From NCBI GenBank assembly GCA_947259705.1, contig CAMYNL010000009.1:2197-66196 (forward strand): a DNA stretch of 64,000 nucleotides, written 5' to 3'. Of this stretch, positions 60,656-64,000 are shown one piece after another; the stretch's first letter is position 1; each line of letters begins with the position of its first letter. A program made the translations under genes and the position numbers. This stretch comes from an uncultured Gammaproteobacteria bacterium. Lineage in GTDB: Bacteria; Pseudomonadota; Gammaproteobacteria; Arenicellales; JAANXG01. Below the pieces are notes generated by a model that saw nothing but the letters and a program-made list of their open reading frames with translations, did no database searches and was not told the origin of the DNA.

Positions 60656-61732
60656 CTATGGTCTGGCACCGGGGTCGGGCAGCAGCTGGGGACCACGCCA
60701 GCGATCGAACATGCTCATCTGATGGACGCACGCCAGGGTACAGGTCGGGCTGCATTCCTTGCGGGTCTTGTACTCCCGGTTCAGGTCAGCGGGCGTGTAC
60801 TCGGTGACAGGAATATTTGGATAGCCACGGCGCTGGGAGCACCAGTGTACCCTGCCTTCCTCACAGATATAGAGGTACCTGGCGCCCGCGCGGCACTGCC
60901 AGTCGTTGGATCGACCGAAGATAAGATTACGCTGGTAAAGACGATAATTCAGCCTGTGAGTCAGGGATTTCGAGACCCGGGTGACCCTGCGATATACAGC
61001 TAGCTGCCTGTCGTTGAGCGGTTTGAGCAGCCCGTTGTGATCATGCAGAACGCCAACCGAGTGGTAAAAGCCGTATCCGGCGGCCGTGTCGGCGACGGCC
61101 AGCGCATCTTCTGTACGTTCCTCGCTAACGCCCAGGACCGAGTTGATGTTCACCTTGAAGCGCGCGTGCTCCGCGAGCAGGGCCAGTTTTTTGTCCACCG
61201 AATTGAGACTTTTCATGGACACCTCGTCCGGCTCGAGATTATCGATGCTGATCTGCATCTCCTGCAGACCGGCGTCGTTCAGCGCTTCAATGCGCTCCTG
61301 GTTGAGTCGGAAGCCGTTGGTGATCATGGTGGCGATCATTTTTCGTCGGCGGATCGCCCGCACCACCTCCGCCAACTGCGGATGCAGCAGCGGTTCGCCG
61401 CCCGTCAGCGTGACTGCGGCCGTATTCAGGGCGGCCAGTGCGTCCACCTGGCGCAGCAACTGGTCCGTGGCCACCGGGGGTGAGAAATCGTCGTACTCGT
61501 TGCAGTAGCCGCAGGCCAGGTTGCAGCGTCGGGTAACGACCACCTGAGCCAGCAGGGGCGTGTGCCTGGTAAGGGTCGCGCGGCGCAGAAAGCGTGCCGC
61601 AGACATCGCATTGTCGACTCTGCGTGAGAGGCTGGATCGCGTCATGAAATCAAATAACTCCGTAGGTCCGACGGCGCGGGTCGCCGGGATGTCTGGTTTC
61701 GAAGGCTTGAAAAATCTTGCTTCGGCCCCCAT
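60656..61732 (-). CDS. Radical SAM protein with Cys-rich (SPASM-like) C-terminus
   Basis: CNLACGYCNEY (CxxxCxxC), GGEPLLHP; C-terminal cysteines CRAGARYLYICEEGRVHWC...CSPTCTLAC. Start may be an internal Met (61645 or later). Confidence 0.85.
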   Translation of the reverse strand: MGAEARFFKPSKPDIPATRAVGPTELFDFMTRSSLSRRVDNAMSAARFLRRATLTRHTPLLAQVVVTRRCNLACGYCNEYDDFSPPVATDQLLRQVDALAALNTAAVTLTGGEPLLHPQLAEVVRAIRRRKMIATMITNGFRLNQERIEALNDAGLQEMQISIDNLEPDEVSMKSLNSVDKKLALLAEHARFKVNINSVLGVSEERTEDALAVADTAAGYGFYHSVGVLHDHNGLLKPLNDRQLAVYRRVTRVSKSLTHRLNYRLYQRNLIFGRSNDWQCRAGARYLYICEEGRVHWCSQRRGYPNIPVTEYTPADLNREYKTRKECSPTCTLACVHQMSMFDRWRGPQLLPDPGARP

Positions 61733-61787
61733 GTGACAAGGGCGCGTATTATCGGTGAGGGGATCGGGACGCGCAAGCTCAACTCGT

Positions 61788-61824
61788 TGGAAAACTTGGG
61801 TTTTCCAGGAAAATTTGTTATAAT
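61788..61824. promoter_or_regulatory. Overlapping palindromes plus TATAAT box in an AT-rich divergent promoter region
   Basis: TGGAAAA-cttggg-TTTTCCA overlapping TTTTCCAGGAAAA (61788-61813), then TATAAT at 61819-61824. Confidence 0.4.
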
Positions 61825-61943
61825 TTTCTATTGGTCTGAAGCTCGATCCCCGCGCGCAGGGCTGAGCGACGAAATCGAGTGGGCCGGTTTGTAGCAGGGC
61901 GATTGCAAACGAACAGATTTAACTATCGCGGCATCGGGGACTT

Positions 61944-62600
61944 ATGACTAACATTCTGAAAATGTTGCCTGTTTTGATTATCGGCGCAAGTTTTGCCGGC
62001 GCCGCCGCCGGCTCGGAATGCGCGACGCGACCCGTCGCCATGACGGAAGACGGCGTGGCCGTGGTTGACGCCAAGCAGAAGGTGGAGATCGAGGCCGACG
62101 AAATCACCTTCCCGCGCCGGAACGTGGTCAAGCTGCGGGGTTATACCCAGTTGATTCGCGGCGGCCAGCGCGTCTACGCCGACGAACTGGTTTACGACAA
62201 GGCGCACGGTGAGGTCGAGGCCCGGGGCGTGGTGAAGTTCCAGTCACCCCAGGGCGACGAGATCCGGACCTCGGTGCTCCGTTACGACATCAATCAGAGC
62301 AGGGCCGTGTCCGGGCCGGCGAACTTCACCATCGCCGCGCGTAAGACGAGCACCCTCGGATCCGGTGACAGCGCAGTCAACGCCCACGGCACCGCCGATC
62401 GCGTTGTCTTCGAACGCGGCGACGTCATGAGGCTCGAGAACGCGGAGGTGACCACCTGTCTGGACGGCAAGGACGACATCACTTTTACCGCCCAGGACAT
62501 CAAGGTCGACCTGAACAAGGGTATACGCACCGCGCGCCGCGCCAAGGTGCAGATTCTAGTCCCCGAGCGCCATTCGAAACTGAAGGGGATGGTCAACTAA
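61944..62600 (+). CDS. Stand-alone paralogue of the LptD N-terminal (OstA beta-jellyroll) domain
   Basis: 218 aa; signal peptide. Aligns by eye (about 30-35% identity) to residues ~55-290 of the lptD product in this window, e.g. VEIEADEI/IELEGDEV, EVEARG/EVEASG, LENAEVTTCLDGKDD/FENVTYTTCNEGNDD. Ends where the LptD barrel would begin. Confidence 0.75.
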   Translation: MTNILKMLPVLIIGASFAGAAAGSECATRPVAMTEDGVAVVDAKQKVEIEADEITFPRRNVVKLRGYTQLIRGGQRVYADELVYDKAHGEVEARGVVKFQSPQGDEIRTSVLRYDINQSRAVSGPANFTIAARKTSTLGSGDSAVNAHGTADRVVFERGDVMRLENAEVTTCLDGKDDITFTAQDIKVDLNKGIRTARRAKVQILVPERHSKLKGMVN

Positions 62601-62735
62601 CCCCCGCCCGCAATGCTGCGGACGGTGCAGTGCCCCACACGCGGCCCGGGTGCCTCGCGCCCGTCGGGGCAAGATGGGTGCCGCACTGCAACGGGATCGG
62701 CACTCCCCCGCGGATTTCGTCACGACTGATCTGTT

Positions 62736-63794
62736 ATGGTAGACCATGTTGACGTATCCGCAGCCGCCCTGCGCAGGTCCGTCGCAGACCTGTTCGACCC
62801 CAAGCCCGCGATCTACTGGCTTGATCTTTGCTTGACCGGGGCCACGGGCTGGCTTGCATTCTCGTTGGCGGTCGCGGTGGCCCCGGGCAGTCCGGCGTGG
62901 GTCGTCTGGACCCTGCTGGCGATACTCGCCTTGTATCGGGCCGCGGTCTTCACCCACGAGCTGGTGCACATTCGCAAGGAGCGGCTACCCGGGTTCCGCA
63001 CCGCCTGGAACCTGATCTGCGGCGTACCGTTGCTGGCCCCCTCCTTCATGTACGACGGCGTGCACCAGGAACACCATTTTCGCAGCCGGTACGGTACCTC
63101 CCGCGACGGGGAATATCTGCCCTTTGGCACACCGCCGCGATCGCGCATCCTGGTTTATTTCGCCTCCCACCTGCTGCTGCCGCCGCTGGCCGTGATCAGG
63201 TTCGGCCTGCTGGCACCATTGTCGCTGTTATCCCAATCCTGGCGGCGGGCGCTGCTGGAACGGGCCTCATCCCTTTCTATCGATCCGGGTTATCATCGCT
63301 CGGTACCCGACCCTGTCCCGGCGAGTTGGGCGCGGCAGGAGTTTGCCTGCGCCGCGTTCGTGTGGGCGGTGGCGGTATCCGTGGTCTCTGGACAGCTGCC
63401 GTTGTCGGTGTTGATGCAGTATTACGTGACCTTGCTGGGAATACTGTTGTTCAACGCGATACGCACGCTGGCCGCCCACCGTTACCGTAATCGGGACCGA
63501 ACGCTCTCGTTTTCGGAGCAACTGGCGGATTCGATCAACGTCACCGGTGGTGGTCTGGCCACGGTCCTGCTGGCACCGGTGGGACTGCGCTACCACGCTC
63601 TGCACCACCTGTTTCCCACCATGCCATACCACAGCCTGGGTGCGGCGCATCGCCGGCTGCTTGAGAAACTCCCAGCGGGTTCCGCTTATCATGAGACCCT
63701 GCGCAGGAACATTCCTCAGGCATTGCGTGAACTGTGGCGCGCCGCGTCGACGATCAACCGCGCAGCGCAGCCTGAACCGCCCGCGGCCTCGTAG
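62736..63794 (+). CDS. Membrane fatty-acid/sphingolipid-type desaturase family protein
   Basis: 352 aa; three His boxes HELVH, HQEHH and HALHH; four or more TM segments. Confidence 0.85.
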   Translation: MVDHVDVSAAALRRSVADLFDPKPAIYWLDLCLTGATGWLAFSLAVAVAPGSPAWVVWTLLAILALYRAAVFTHELVHIRKERLPGFRTAWNLICGVPLLAPSFMYDGVHQEHHFRSRYGTSRDGEYLPFGTPPRSRILVYFASHLLLPPLAVIRFGLLAPLSLLSQSWRRALLERASSLSIDPGYHRSVPDPVPASWARQEFACAAFVWAVAVSVVSGQLPLSVLMQYYVTLLGILLFNAIRTLAAHRYRNRDRTLSFSEQLADSINVTGGGLATVLLAPVGLRYHALHHLFPTMPYHSLGAAHRRLLEKLPAGSAYHETLRRNIPQALRELWRAASTINRAAQPEPPAAS

Positions 63795-64000
63795 CTATGT
63801 CGCGGAACGGAGTTCGTTCACGAGTGCGCTGTTCACCGCTGTTTGCTGTCGTTGCAGATGCCAAAGCAGCATGTTGAGCACCACGAGTTCCAGTAGGAAA
63901 TAGACCAGCGGTACCTGGAGCAGGCATAGAGCGGACAACGCCAGCGTGCGTTTGTTGGCGCTCAACCACGACCAATTTCGCACCGCTGGCTGGTTGAACT
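63795..64000 (-). CDS. 3' end of a membrane protein gene continuing beyond the window
   Basis: The reverse frame is open from the window edge to the stop at 63795 (...FNQPAVRNWSWLSANKRTLALSALCLLQVPLVYFLLELVVLNMLLW...). The ORF track shows only the part from an internal GTG. Confidence 0.35.
   Translation of the reverse strand, partial: FNQPAVRNWSWLSANKRTLALSALCLLQVPLVYFLLELVVLNMLLWHLQRQQTAVNSALVNELRSAT

Noticed and set aside
61944-62600. The OstA-fold protein could simply be LptA.
   Set aside because: It aligns to the LptD N-domain, including the two LptD-specific cysteines and the TTC motif. It is not in an lptC-lptA-lptB context.

Overview
A 64 kb chromosomal segment from a high-GC Gram-negative bacterium. 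Gene order looks gammaproteobacterial (mrdA-rodA-mltB-rlpA-dac-ybeD-lipB and amgK-murU/lptD-surA, as in Pseudomonas-like genomes), but that is my inference. All calls come from reading the ORF-track proteins for motifs and synteny; no searches were run. About 1-24.5 kb is housekeeping: gatCAB, one contiguous elongasome block (mreBCD-mrdA-rodA-mltB-rlpA-dac), lipB, an Ada-like repair regulator, amgK-murU, lptD-surA, a porin-glnK-amtB unit with a candidate sigma-54 promoter, ubiK and comM. The middle holds a TatT-type TRAP transporter, a GGDEF-EAL protein, a 2-oxoacid:ferredoxin oxidoreductase operon ending in a GltD-like flavoprotein fused to a ferredoxin, cytochrome c5 and tRNA-Arg(CCG). After the tRNA comes a seemingly lower-GC stretch with a ceramidase-family protein, a K+ channel and a large HerA/FtsK-like ATPase with DUF937 and DUF4332 genes. 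Then come folE, a GAF kinase with LuxR regulator, dsbA, mpl and rnd. The best candidate for something new is 52.6-63.8 kb: a coupled SDR plus serine-palmitoyltransferase-like enzyme, a secreted protein, an MMPL/HpnN-like exporter, GT4, a NodB deacetylase, a radical SAM enzyme, a stand-alone paralogue of the LptD N-terminal domain and a three-His-box desaturase. I read this as a candidate glycosylated amino-lipid or sphingoid-lipid synthesis and outer-membrane export locus. I saw no CRISPR array, rRNA, transposase or integrase.
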